A DNA stretch of 64,000 nucleotides from the IMG/VR virus record IMGVR_UViG_3300023176_002545; one strand, given 5' to 3'. Below, in pieces: positions 1 through 10,184 of the stretch; position 1 is the first letter of the stretch, and the number at the start of each line of letters is the position of its first letter. Both the position numbers and the translations under genes were made by a program. Below the pieces are notes generated by a model. It did not search any database. It saw only the letters and a list, made by a program, of their open reading frames with translations, and was not told the DNA's origin. This DNA comes from a virus.

Positions 1-5
1 AACCT

Positions 6-308
6 ATGCCTATTGTATCTAATGTTACAGCGTTTAATACTGATCCTTTTAACACTTGGAAAAGTGCATTTAGAGAATGTGTAAAACTAGCGTCACGCTC
101 TATTGACAGACAGCATGATGAAGAAACCGAATACAGACTAACACAGTGGCAGTTTGAAGGAAATAAAAGACGTTATGGAGAATACGCACAAATGGGTGCA
201 AAACAAGGTCAAGAATACGGTGAAGCTAATGCTGATAAACCTGAAGCACTTAAAAAGATAAACGATTTTGATTGGCTTAAAGAGAGGTTTGAAAATGAAA
301 ATACGTGA
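6..308 (+). CDS. C-terminal part of a glycosyltransferase-like protein (probably truncated by window edge), paralog of next gene
   Basis: WKSAFRECVKL matches WRAGFREGVKM in the downstream ORF; frame is open to the window edge. Confidence 0.55.
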   Translation: MPIVSNVTAFNTDPFNTWKSAFRECVKLASRSIDRQHDEETEYRLTQWQFEGNKRRYGEYAQMGAKQGQEYGEANADKPEALKKINDFDWLKERFENENT

Positions 309-1206
309 TATTGATATTATCTATTTGTCATATGACGAACCTAATGCAGATGAAAACTATGCCGATCTGCTTAAAAAAGCACCTTGGGCTAAACGTGTAC
401 ACGGCGTAGAAGGATCAGATGCCGCACACAAAGCCTGTGCAGAACTTGCAGAAACAGAACGATTTATTACTGTTGACGGTGACAATAAAATTTATGCTGA
501 CTTCTTAGAACAAGAAATAGATTTTAAACAACATCCTTATATGAAAAATGCTGTACTAAGTTGGTGCGGATATAATGTAATCAACGGACTTATGTACAGC
601 AATGGCGGTTTAAAATGTTGGCCAAAAGATGTTGTACTAAACATGAAAACACATGAAGCAAGTGAATCAAACGATATTGCTGCTCAAGTAGAATTTTGCT
701 GGAACTTGGATTATATACAAATGAATAGTTGTTATTCAAAGGTATATAATAACGCTACACCTGCACAAGCATGGAGAGCAGGCTTCCGTGAAGGTGTTAA
801 AATGTGTTTGGACAGAGGTCGAAAGTTTAACAGTATAACATTCAAAGATGAAGTCTACTGGCAGAATCTGCATAGACTAATGATATGGCAAATGGTAGGT
901 GCAGATGTTGAACATGGTATGTGGGCAATATATGGAGCACGATTAGGTTGTGTAATGACTAATCTTGAAAATTGGGATTATGTACAAGTTAGAGATTTTA
1001 AGTACCTAAATAGTCTATGGGAAGAAATAACTCAAGATGTAGATGATACTAATATATTGTGGAAAGTAAGAAAGTTAGGATTTAGACTACAGCAAGAATT
1101 AGGATTGCCTGTTGACTTGCCGTTTACTAGAATTCAAAGCGAAATGTTCAAAGACAGTTATACAAATACAGATCGCACAGGTCAAGGATTTATTGATGTT
1201 GAATAA
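295..1206 (+). CDS. GT-A (family 2-like) glycosyltransferase
   Basis: N-terminal IIYLSYDE strand and DxD motif (ITVDGD); ATG at 295 follows AGAGAGG. Confidence 0.6.
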   Translation: MKIRDIDIIYLSYDEPNADENYADLLKKAPWAKRVHGVEGSDAAHKACAELAETERFITVDGDNKIYADFLEQEIDFKQHPYMKNAVLSWCGYNVINGLMYSNGGLKCWPKDVVLNMKTHEASESNDIAAQVEFCWNLDYIQMNSCYSKVYNNATPAQAWRAGFREGVKMCLDRGRKFNSITFKDEVYWQNLHRLMIWQMVGADVEHGMWAIYGARLGCVMTNLENWDYVQVRDFKYLNSLWEEITQDVDDTNILWKVRKLGFRLQQELGLPVDLPFTRIQSEMFKDSYTNTDRTGQGFIDVE

Positions 1207-2581
1207 ACTAGTAAAAAAATTTGCTAGACAGCTAAAGATTGTAAAAGATCCTATTGACCGTATGACTGAAGTAAAAGAAATTACGGATAAAGTTTCTCCT
1301 ACATTTTGTTTGGCAAAATGGCATCACACTACAATATATTTACAAACAGGTGAAACGCATAGTTGTTATCATCCTGCACCGCATATTATTCCCTTACACG
1401 AACTTGAAAACAATCCTAGTGCCCTACACAATACAGTAGAAAAGAAATTACAGCGACGAGAAATGATGGCAGGACTAAAACCTAAAGGGTGTCAGTACTG
1501 CTGGAATATAGAGTGCATGGGCAAAGACTATGTAAGTGACAGGCATGAAAGAAATGCTGGAATCTATACAAAAGAACGATTAGCAGAAATTGTAGACAAT
1601 GATTGGGACTTTAATATTAATCCAGAGTATATTGAAGTTTCATTTGGTAATGAGTGTAATTTAAAATGTGGATACTGTCATCCTAAAGCAAGTAGTAGTT
1701 ACTTTAAAGAAATAGAAGAATATGGCCCTTATGATATGGTTAAAAACCATTCATTTGATACCCGCCGTATGCGTATATACAAAAAGGAAGAAGAAAACCC
1801 TTATGTACAAGCATGGTGGGACTGGTGGCCCCAGGTAAGTAAAACGCTGAACATATTACGCATTACAGGAGGTGAGCCACTTTTGCAACAGAGTACTTGG
1901 CGTTTGCTTGAGGACCTATCCGAGAATCCTCGTCCTAATCTTGAAATCAATATTAACAGTAATCTTGCTGTTAAAAATATACTTGTAAAACGTCTTGCAG
2001 AAAGGGTTAACAAGTTAATTGAAGAAAAGAAAATTAAACGGTTTAAATTGTTTACTAGTATGGACACTTGGGGAACACCTGCAGAATATATTAGAACTAA
2101 CTTAGACTTGTCTGTTTGGGAAAAGAACTTTGATACATGGATGACACAAACAGATCAACCTATTACATTTATGGTTACATTTAATGTGTTGTGTGTAACT
2201 ACATTTAACAAACTGCTTGAAAAGTTTTTAGAGTGGAGACAGAAATATCAAACTGGTACAAGACGCATACGTTTTGATACACCTTATCTAAAAGAACCTT
2301 TGCAGTACGATATGAATATACTTCCTAAAAGTTTTATGAGTTATATGGAAAGTCATTTAGAATTTATCAAAAGCAATCTAGATGACTATGACGTAAACAA
2401 ATTTACAAAACTTGAATATGAAAAGTTTCGTCGTGTTGTAGATTACATGCGTACTACAAACTATGACGAAGAAACCTTAGATATAGGACGAAAAGATTTT
2501 GTTGCTTGGTTTAAAGAACATGATAGACGTCGAGGAACAAATTTTGCTAAAACGTTTCCTGAATTACATGGTATTTTTTGA
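1196..2581 (+). CDS. Radical SAM protein with N-terminal twitch-like Cys domain
   Basis: CNLKCGYC (CxxxCxxC), ITGGEP motif, N-terminal CLAKW..SCYH..CQYC; start uncertain. Confidence 0.9.
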   Translation: MLNKLVKKFARQLKIVKDPIDRMTEVKEITDKVSPTFCLAKWHHTTIYLQTGETHSCYHPAPHIIPLHELENNPSALHNTVEKKLQRREMMAGLKPKGCQYCWNIECMGKDYVSDRHERNAGIYTKERLAEIVDNDWDFNINPEYIEVSFGNECNLKCGYCHPKASSSYFKEIEEYGPYDMVKNHSFDTRRMRIYKKEEENPYVQAWWDWWPQVSKTLNILRITGGEPLLQQSTWRLLEDLSENPRPNLEININSNLAVKNILVKRLAERVNKLIEEKKIKRFKLFTSMDTWGTPAEYIRTNLDLSVWEKNFDTWMTQTDQPITFMVTFNVLCVTTFNKLLEKFLEWRQKYQTGTRRIRFDTPYLKEPLQYDMNILPKSFMSYMESHLEFIKSNLDDYDVNKFTKLEYEKFRRVVDYMRTTNYDEETLDIGRKDFVAWFKEHDRRRGTNFAKTFPELHGIF

Positions 2582-3793
2582 TGGATACGTTGGGTCGTTG
2601 ATTAACTGATTACCTAAGTAATTTTGAGCAGATTCGATAAGTCTTAAAAATTCACTAATTGTGTAATCATTATAATCAGCAAATTTATAATTGTAGTCTA
2701 ATAAATCTTCATTTTTTAATGACCAATCAATTTGTTGTGAACGTGTCATTTTAGAAAGCATAGTACACACACGAACTATTTCTTTTTCTAATTTATTCCA
2801 GCGTTTAACAATGTCTGGTTCAAAGTCAAACTCGTAGTCAAACCAATCAGTGTATAATTTATAACCTAGTCTTTGAAGATTATAGTTTTGTCCTGTTTGT
2901 CCCCATATAAGCACAGGTGTTTTACATACGATAGGTTTAAAAGTTTTTTCGCTATAGAATAAACTAGTTTCTCCCCAATCACTTTGCATAGTTTCAGAAG
3001 TGAGATTAAACAATACTTGATTTTGTAAACCTACTCCTAAATCGTCAGCCCAGTTAGTTTCAAAGTCGGTTGTATCTGCAATAAGAGGAGTAACCCTTGT
3101 TAGAGTTTGTTCCATTTCTTTAGTAAAAAATTTGTTGGCTTTATATTCTTTTGGGTTTAATCGGTCATGACTAAGCAAACCATACTGTGCTACACCTGCT
3201 TCGTGCAGCCTCCAAGTACAATAACTACGCCAAAATCTATTACGTCTAGTTAAGTTAAGATAAAACTTTCCTTGATAGTTTTGTTCTAAACTTTGTCTAC
3301 GGCTAAATCTTCTTTTGCCTTCTGTCATCATAACTTTTTGAAAAGTATCCCAATGCATAATTTCAATAATGTTGATAGGATAGTAATCACCGTGTGTGAT
3401 ATGGAAATTTTTAAAATTTGCTTTTTCTCTAAGATTTCCGCTTAAGAAAAATATAGCAGATGGATCTATGTTATTTTTTATTGCACTATTATATAATGCT
3501 ATAGCAACGCTTTGATGTTCTGGTGCCCAACCTTCGTGTGTACCATCTAATATAAAGATACATTTTCTTTGTCGTAACATATCAAGATAAAATGGTTTTA
3601 TTGAGCTAAACACATCTGTATCTGTATCAAAAGGAGCATCATAGGAATAGTGTGCAAACAGGACAGTTATACTATTATAAGATCCTTTTTTAAGTAGAGG
3701 TATATGTTTTTTATAGTGATAAAAGCAGCCAATCTCACTTGGGCACTCTCTAAAATATTTGGTGTTGATAAGCCAGTCTGTTAGGTGTTGCAT
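2564..3793 (-). CDS. Putative glycosyltransferase (GT10/fucosyltransferase-like C-terminal motif)
   Basis: LFNLTSE...FYSEKTFKPI...PVLIWG resembles the F.L..E...Y.TEK...P motif of GT10-like enzymes. Confidence 0.4.
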   Translation of the reverse strand: MQHLTDWLINTKYFRECPSEIGCFYHYKKHIPLLKKGSYNSITVLFAHYSYDAPFDTDTDVFSSIKPFYLDMLRQRKCIFILDGTHEGWAPEHQSVAIALYNSAIKNNIDPSAIFFLSGNLREKANFKNFHITHGDYYPINIIEIMHWDTFQKVMMTEGKRRFSRRQSLEQNYQGKFYLNLTRRNRFWRSYCTWRLHEAGVAQYGLLSHDRLNPKEYKANKFFTKEMEQTLTRVTPLIADTTDFETNWADDLGVGLQNQVLFNLTSETMQSDWGETSLFYSEKTFKPIVCKTPVLIWGQTGQNYNLQRLGYKLYTDWFDYEFDFEPDIVKRWNKLEKEIVRVCTMLSKMTRSQQIDWSLKNEDLLDYNYKFADYNDYTISEFLRLIESAQNYLGNQLINDPTYPSKNTM

Positions 3794-3804
3794 TGAAAAT
3801 CCAT

Positions 3805-3831
3805 TAAATACTCAGTTAACTAAGATATTTA
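3805..3831. promoter_or_regulatory. Face-to-face pair of T4-late-like TAAATA motifs in an imperfect palindrome
   Basis: TAAATA(3805-3810) CTCAGTTAACTAAGA TATTTA(3826-3831) between divergent genes. Confidence 0.5.
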
Positions 3832-3843
3832 TGAAGGTACAAT

Positions 3844-4974
3844 ATGAGAATAGCATTTATTGGTTTAGGAAAACTAGGACTACCCTGTGCAGAAGAAATA
3901 GCCAAGAGCGGTCACATAGTTTCAGGATATGATATTGTTGAATGCAATACAAATAACGTCAAACAGTTGCCAACAATACAAGAAACTGTAGAAGGTCAAG
4001 AGATTGTATTTGTTGCTGTACCAACGCCACACGACCCTGCATATGACGGTAGAGCTCCTACAGCACACCTAGAGCCAAAAGATTTCAGTTACGATATTGT
4101 TAAAGACGTTTTAACAGAATGTAACAAGCACATGAACAAAGACCAACTGCTTGTTTTAATCAGTACAGTGTTACCTGGAACAACTCGTAGAGAATTTATT
4201 AATTTAGTACCTAATACACGATTTGTGTATAATCCGTATTTGATTGCTATGGGCACAGTTGCATGGGACATGGTAAATCCTGAAATGGTAATGATTGGAA
4301 CAGATGATGGCAGTGAAACAGGTGACGCAAAACAGTTGGTAGACTTCTACAAAACTGTAATGCAAAATGATCCACGTTACGTTATTGGTACTTGGGACGA
4401 ATGTGAAGCAATCAAAGTTTTTTATAATACATTTATTAGTACAAAGATTGGACTAGTAAACATGATACAAGATGTTGCACAAAAGCAAGGCAACATCAAT
4501 GTTGATGTAGTTACCAAAGCACTAGCAGAAAGTTCGCAACGTATCATGGGTCCTAGTTATATGAAGGCAGGCATGGGCGACGGTGGTGCTTGTCATCCTA
4601 GAGATAATATTGCACTACGTTACATGGCAAAAAATCTACATTTAGGATACGACATTTTTGATAGTATTATGAACGCTAGAGAAATACAAGCACGTAACAT
4701 GGCTATTGAAATACTCAAATATGGAAACAAAGTACAGTTTAGTAGTGACAGTTATAAACCAGGTGTAGAATATATAGACGGCAGTTATAGTTTACTAGTA
4801 CAGCATTATGTTAAAGAATTAGGTGGCTGGATAGTAGATAAAGATCCTAGCGTATTTGTAAGAGTACATGATACAGATGCAGTACCTGAAAATGTTACTG
4901 TTTTTGACCCTTGGCGTAATTATGAGGGCCAAAATCCTGTAGTACACTATGGAAATACTAGACACAGCAAGTGA
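3844..4974 (+). CDS. ugd: UDP-glucose/GDP-mannose 6-dehydrogenase family
   Basis: GLGKLG Rossmann motif, FVAVPTP, IKVFYNTF, GDGGACHPRD catalytic Cys motif. Confidence 0.9.
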   Translation: MRIAFIGLGKLGLPCAEEIAKSGHIVSGYDIVECNTNNVKQLPTIQETVEGQEIVFVAVPTPHDPAYDGRAPTAHLEPKDFSYDIVKDVLTECNKHMNKDQLLVLISTVLPGTTRREFINLVPNTRFVYNPYLIAMGTVAWDMVNPEMVMIGTDDGSETGDAKQLVDFYKTVMQNDPRYVIGTWDECEAIKVFYNTFISTKIGLVNMIQDVAQKQGNINVDVVTKALAESSQRIMGPSYMKAGMGDGGACHPRDNIALRYMAKNLHLGYDIFDSIMNAREIQARNMAIEILKYGNKVQFSSDSYKPGVEYIDGSYSLLVQHYVKELGGWIVDKDPSVFVRVHDTDAVPENVTVFDPWRNYEGQNPVVHYGNTRHSK

Positions 4975-4989
4975 AATATGTTATAATTA

Positions 4990-5988
4990 ATGATGATTGA
5001 TGAGAATACTTTTACTGAAATACCATTTGAAAAGATTGTTAAGTTTGGGCAACGTACCTTATTGGAACAGAACCTATTTACTGTCAGTTGGATTCTTGGT
5101 CGCTTTTGCAATTATAATTGTAGCTATTGCTGGCCCTACGCAAGATCAGACAAACCGGACCATTATGATTTATCCGTTTACAAACAGACAATTGATAATA
5201 TAAAATATCAAGCACAGTTAAATGGCTTTAAGAATTTTCATTTTAGTTTCAGTGGAGGCGAACCCACTGCTTATAAATACTTTGGGGAACTTATAGAGTA
5301 CTACTGTAGTGATACAGCACCCGAGTATCAAAGTATACATATGACCACAAATTTATCACCCGGAAGCAAATGGTGGAATAGGTGGTTAGATGCAACAAGT
5401 ACTTTGCAACGTAGAAGTATAACAGCAAGTTTTCACGATGAATTTGCTAACGAGCAAGAGTTTGGAGACAAATGCTTGCAACTAATGAAAGGAGGAACCT
5501 TTGTTACGATTAATCAAGTTATGGTTCCTGAAAGGTTTGAAGAGCTTTACGAACGCCTACAACGATTTGCCGCCAGAGGCATTAGCGTCACTCTCAAACC
5601 TCAGTCCAACAATACTGCCACCGACGTGGTACATGGATATACAAAAGAACAAATTGCAATCATGCAAGCCGGATTCCCACAAAAGTGGCAAGGCGAAAAA
5701 ATCTCGCAAATTGCACTCTACGACGATAAAGGAATAGAGTACGATTTAGATCAAGCAGAACGTTTTAATGCGTTTGGCTTTAATAAGTTTGAAGGCTGGA
5801 CTTGTAATGCAGGGTACCAGGGGATAGTTATTAGAGAAAATGAAGTAAAACGTTCCTATTCCTGTCATGAAGAACCTTTAGGAACAATAACCGATGGGTT
5901 CACTATACATGACGCTCCTAGAAAATGCATTACACGTTCTTGTGTAAGTTCAGCAGATTCTAAACTTCCAAAAGTAAGAGAGATATAA
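4990..5988 (+). CDS. Radical SAM protein (C-terminal SPASM/twitch-like)
   Basis: CNYNCSYC, FSGGEP, C-terminal WTCNAG...SC...C. Confidence 0.9.
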   Translation: MMIDENTFTEIPFEKIVKFGQRTLLEQNLFTVSWILGRFCNYNCSYCWPYARSDKPDHYDLSVYKQTIDNIKYQAQLNGFKNFHFSFSGGEPTAYKYFGELIEYYCSDTAPEYQSIHMTTNLSPGSKWWNRWLDATSTLQRRSITASFHDEFANEQEFGDKCLQLMKGGTFVTINQVMVPERFEELYERLQRFAARGISVTLKPQSNNTATDVVHGYTKEQIAIMQAGFPQKWQGEKISQIALYDDKGIEYDLDQAERFNAFGFNKFEGWTCNAGYQGIVIRENEVKRSYSCHEEPLGTITDGFTIHDAPRKCITRSCVSSADSKLPKVREI

Positions 5989-5990
5989 AA

Positions 5991-6422
5991 ATGTTAAAAC
6001 TAGTTAATGATGATTGGACATTAGGTTATGTAAAAGACGATCCAGTTCGTCCCCATTTGCCTATGCATTGGAGAATAGTAGACGGTAGAGAAGTTTACAC
6101 GTTAGAAGATGACGAAGTAGGTGTTGCCAGGGCTGTTGTTTGTGTAGCATATACCAAAGGTGTTGCTATTACAGAAGAAGAACTAAACAACACAAACGAT
6201 CCTGATACAGCAATGTTTTATACTGTATGGAGTTACGACAAAGGTGCTGGTAGAGAAATTATCTTCAGTACAGCAGATGTTATTAAACGTGACAAGCCAT
6301 ACATCAAACGTTTTTGTACACTAAGTCCATTAACTGAAATGGCAGAAAAGTTTCATTTGCGAAATGGTGCAAAGTTATTACGTAAAGGGGACACTTGTCA
6401 AAACTTTGAGTACATAGTATGA
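5991..6422 (+). CDS. Hypothetical protein, possibly GNAT-fold
   Basis: KGAGREI and AEKFHLRNGAK resemble GNAT acyl-CoA binding motifs. Confidence 0.35.
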   Translation: MLKLVNDDWTLGYVKDDPVRPHLPMHWRIVDGREVYTLEDDEVGVARAVVCVAYTKGVAITEEELNNTNDPDTAMFYTVWSYDKGAGREIIFSTADVIKRDKPYIKRFCTLSPLTEMAEKFHLRNGAKLLRKGDTCQNFEYIV

Positions 6423-7024
6423 AAATTGAACTTGAAGATGTAATGTTCTGGATGGACGCTGTTCGCAACAGTGAAGACAGATATCGTACACTTGAAAGTT
6501 TTTGGAAAGGTCAAATAAGAAGTAAAATATGGTTAACTGAAGCAGTCCAAGCATTAAACTTATACGGTGACAAACGCATTGTAATTCACGGTGGTTGGAA
6601 TGGCGTGTTAGCAAGTATTATGTTTAATAGTAAAATTGGAATCAAACATATTACATCTTTAGATATAGATCCTGTTTGTGAAGAAATAGCAAACACTGTA
6701 AACAAGCGTTATGAGATGGAAGGCAAGTTTACAGCAGTTACAGCAGACATGTGTAATTACAAATATGATGCAGATATAGTAATTAATACCAGTTGCGAAC
6801 ATATTACACAAGAACAATACGAACAATGGTTAGATAATGTTCCTAAAGGAGCAACAGTAGTTTTACAAAGTAATGATTATTTTAATCATGAAGAACATAT
6901 TCGTTGTGCAATAGACTTAGATGATTTTACTCAAATGTCTAAAATAAAAGCTCTTTGGCGAGGCACATTAGATACGCCAAAGTATAATCGGTTTATGATA
7001 ATAGGAAAGAAAGACGTTGTTTAA
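6419..7024 (+). CDS. Class I SAM-dependent methyltransferase-like protein
   Basis: IHGGWNGVLA motif I, SLDID acidic motif II, TADM, VINTSCEH. Confidence 0.65.
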   Translation: MKIELEDVMFWMDAVRNSEDRYRTLESFWKGQIRSKIWLTEAVQALNLYGDKRIVIHGGWNGVLASIMFNSKIGIKHITSLDIDPVCEEIANTVNKRYEMEGKFTAVTADMCNYKYDADIVINTSCEHITQEQYEQWLDNVPKGATVVLQSNDYFNHEEHIRCAIDLDDFTQMSKIKALWRGTLDTPKYNRFMIIGKKDVV

Positions 7025-8084
7025 GTTTGAAAGCCTAAAAAGTATACATTTAGAAATTACCAATCGGTGTCAAGCAAGTTGCCCAATGTGTAGTAGAAAT
7101 GTGCATGGCGGCTTAGAAAATCCTCTTATCAAAAATCAAGACTGGACAACACAAGACTTTAAAGATGTTTTAAACGAAGAAGTTTTACAACAAGTAGACG
7201 GATTTTATTTTTGTGGTAACTTTGGTGATCCTATTATTAATAATGACCTAATAGAAATGTGTCGTTACAGCAAACAGACTAATCCTAATTTATATATTCG
7301 TATACATACCAACGGTGGTGCTAGGTCTCCTGAATGGTGGGAAGAATTACGTTTTGCATTACCTCCTGCACATAATGTTATATTTGCTATTGATGGTTTA
7401 GAAGATACACATAGTTTATATCGTATTGGTACAAAATATGAAACAGTAATAAGAAATGCCAAAGCATTTATAAACGCAGGCGGCACTGCTGAATGGGCTT
7501 TTATAAAATTTAAACACAACGAACATCAATTAGAAGAAGCAGAACGTAGAGCAAAAGAATTAGGCTTTGCTAGATTTACATACAAAGACAGTGCAAGATT
7601 TGTTGCTACTGAAAAGTTTGAAGTACTTGATAGGTATGGTGATGTATCTTATTATTTAGAACCACCAACTGGAAGTAAAATTAACCTAATTACACAAGAC
7701 GTTATTGACAATTACCAAGATATTGTTGATGCTAGTGAGATTGATTGTTATGTTGTACAAACAAAAGAAGTTTATATAGACGCATATAAAAAAGTTATGC
7801 CTTGTTGCTTTTTGTCAAGTATACCTTACAATTATACAAGACAAGACGATAATGTAAAGTATATTAGACAAAAAATGCACTCTCAATATCAAGACCTTAT
7901 TAATGACTTAGGTAACACTAATGCATTAGAACGATCTGTTAAAGACATAATCAACTCAACACCTTGGCAGACTGTATGGAACAAATATTGGGGCGAGAAA
8001 AAACTAATTACTTGTGCAAGGACATGCGGAGTTAATAAACTCAGCAAACCTAAAGATCAGTTTATAGAAAAGGTAGAACTATGA
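7017..8084 (+). CDS. Radical SAM protein with C-terminal twitch domain
   Basis: CQASCPMC, CGNFGDP, C-terminal C...PCC...CARTC. Confidence 0.9.
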   Translation: MFKFESLKSIHLEITNRCQASCPMCSRNVHGGLENPLIKNQDWTTQDFKDVLNEEVLQQVDGFYFCGNFGDPIINNDLIEMCRYSKQTNPNLYIRIHTNGGARSPEWWEELRFALPPAHNVIFAIDGLEDTHSLYRIGTKYETVIRNAKAFINAGGTAEWAFIKFKHNEHQLEEAERRAKELGFARFTYKDSARFVATEKFEVLDRYGDVSYYLEPPTGSKINLITQDVIDNYQDIVDASEIDCYVVQTKEVYIDAYKKVMPCCFLSSIPYNYTRQDDNVKYIRQKMHSQYQDLINDLGNTNALERSVKDIINSTPWQTVWNKYWGEKKLITCARTCGVNKLSKPKDQFIEKVEL

Positions 8085-8782
8085 TACATTTTGATCCTAA
8101 ATGGAAAAACATTGGTATAAGCGTAAGTGGCGGTGCTGACAGTGCATTACTAGCATACTTGGTTTGTTCTCAAGTTGAAGATGCTACTGTACATATACTA
8201 AGCCATGTGCGTATGTGGAAAACAAGACCATGGCAGCGTTATGATAGTATTAGAGTTTTTACTTGGCTTGTAAATAGATTTCCTAACATAAGATTTTTAC
8301 GTCACGAAAACTTTATTCCGCCTGATTTAGAATACGGTAGCAAAGGTGCTAACATTGAAGATGAATATGGACAACTTCGTAGTGGAGATCAAATTGCTGT
8401 AAGAGCTCATGCTGAATGGATTGCAGCAACAGAAAACTTAGATGTATGGTATGCTGCAAAAAGCAAAAACCCTAGCGATCCTACAATTACAAAAGGTATG
8501 CCCGACCGCAATATTATAGTTGAAGATCCTAATGAACTTGTTAAAGAACACAATGGTGTAACTGTGTGTCATCCGTTTTTATATACAGAAAAAGATTGGA
8601 TTGTAAAACAATATATTGATAACGATATTATGGATTTGTTTAACATAACACGCAGTTGTGAAGGCGATTTTGAAAACTTAAATTATACAAACTATATAGT
8701 TGGTGAACCTGTACCAGAGTGCGGAGAATGTTTTTGGTGCCAAGAACGCAACTGGGCCAAGGAAAAGAATAATGTCAAATAA
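8081..8782 (+). CDS. QueC-like PP-loop ATPase
   Basis: SVSGGADS PP-loop; C-terminal RSC...CGECFWCQER Zn-binding motif as in QueC. Confidence 0.65.
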   Translation: MIHFDPKWKNIGISVSGGADSALLAYLVCSQVEDATVHILSHVRMWKTRPWQRYDSIRVFTWLVNRFPNIRFLRHENFIPPDLEYGSKGANIEDEYGQLRSGDQIAVRAHAEWIAATENLDVWYAAKSKNPSDPTITKGMPDRNIIVEDPNELVKEHNGVTVCHPFLYTEKDWIVKQYIDNDIMDLFNITRSCEGDFENLNYTNYIVGEPVPECGECFWCQERNWAKEKNNVK

Positions 8783-10184
8783 GTATTGGTATCACCCAGA
8801 AGATACACAACTAGGAAAGTATCAGCGTATCATAGAACAGCAGTCAGGTACGCCTACTTTCTGTGTACTTCCGTGGATACACTTTGCTACACGACCTAAT
8901 GGTGACATGCGACTTTGCTGTAGTGCAAATGCAAGCGGTGCTGGAGAAGATCATGAAGTAGGACTTGTTAAAATGGAACACGGCAAGCCTGCAAACTTTG
9001 GTCGAGAAACACCTATGGAAGCATGGAACAATGACTACATGAAAAGTGTACGTACGACTATGCTTAAAGGTGAGATACCTGCTAGTTGCCGCAAGTGCTT
9101 TGAAGAAGAGTCTAAAGGTGTAGCAAGTAAACGTGTATGGGAAAGCGGTACATGGTACGAAGATGGTGTAGACATACCTGAACTAGTTCGCCAGACACAA
9201 GAAGACGGAACCGTTCCTGAAAACTTAAAATACTTAGACTTGCGACTAGGACATACTTGCAATATTAAGTGTGTAATGTGTAGCCCTCATGATAGTTCAA
9301 AATGGGTAAGCGACTGGCAAAAATTATTTCCACAACTTGACAATGAATCTGTTAAGCAGCAGATGCAGTGGGACAAAAAAGAGTTTAATAACTTCTGGCA
9401 TGAAAAGGATACGTTTTGGGAAGAAATGTATGCTCAGATTCCTAATCTAAGACAAGTATACTTTGCTGGCGGCGAACCTCTAATGATCAAAGAACACAAG
9501 CAGTTCATTGAAGAAATAGTACGTCAAGGATATCAAGACAAAATACTGTTACGCTACAATTCAAATGGATTGTTGGTTGATGACGATTTGATTGAACTGT
9601 GGAGTAAGTTTAGAAAAGTTAAGTTTGCAGTAAGTATGGATGCATGTCATGAACGTGATGAGTACATACGTTTCCCTACAGACTTTGAAACAGTAGAACG
9701 TACATTGCATTTATTAGACAATACTCCTGATAATATACAAACTAGCCTTGCAACAGCAATACAAATATTCAATGTAAAACACTTGCCAGACTTTATGAAG
9801 TGGAAACTAGACAGCGGCTTTAAGAAACTAAATGTAGGCACTGTTCCGGGTGGTACACAAATGGGCGGTGGTTTAGTCAACATGCATTTATTATACATTC
9901 CTACGTTTTTAAGCATACAGATTCTACCACTAGAAGATAAGCAAGAAGTGCGTGAGCGTTTTATGGACTTTAAAGATTGGCTGTGGAACAACTACAGACA
10001 AGATGATGATTTTTGGAAGCACAATCCATATGGATGGAAACGCTGGGAGGCAGTTCTTAATCACATGGATGCACAAGACAACAGTCACTTATTACCTGGC
10101 TTCAAAGAGTACACAAACAAACTAGATGCTATTAGAGGTTTGTGTGCAGCAAAAATTTTTCCGGAGTTAGCACACTTGTTATGA
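8772..10184 (+). CDS. Radical SAM protein with N-terminal twitch-like domain
   Basis: CNIKCVMC, FAGGEP, N-terminal FCVLPW..CC..CRKC. Confidence 0.9.
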   Translation: MSNKYWYHPEDTQLGKYQRIIEQQSGTPTFCVLPWIHFATRPNGDMRLCCSANASGAGEDHEVGLVKMEHGKPANFGRETPMEAWNNDYMKSVRTTMLKGEIPASCRKCFEEESKGVASKRVWESGTWYEDGVDIPELVRQTQEDGTVPENLKYLDLRLGHTCNIKCVMCSPHDSSKWVSDWQKLFPQLDNESVKQQMQWDKKEFNNFWHEKDTFWEEMYAQIPNLRQVYFAGGEPLMIKEHKQFIEEIVRQGYQDKILLRYNSNGLLVDDDLIELWSKFRKVKFAVSMDACHERDEYIRFPTDFETVERTLHLLDNTPDNIQTSLATAIQIFNVKHLPDFMKWKLDSGFKKLNVGTVPGGTQMGGGLVNMHLLYIPTFLSIQILPLEDKQEVRERFMDFKDWLWNNYRQDDDFWKHNPYGWKRWEAVLNHMDAQDNSHLLPGFKEYTNKLDAIRGLCAAKIFPELAHLL

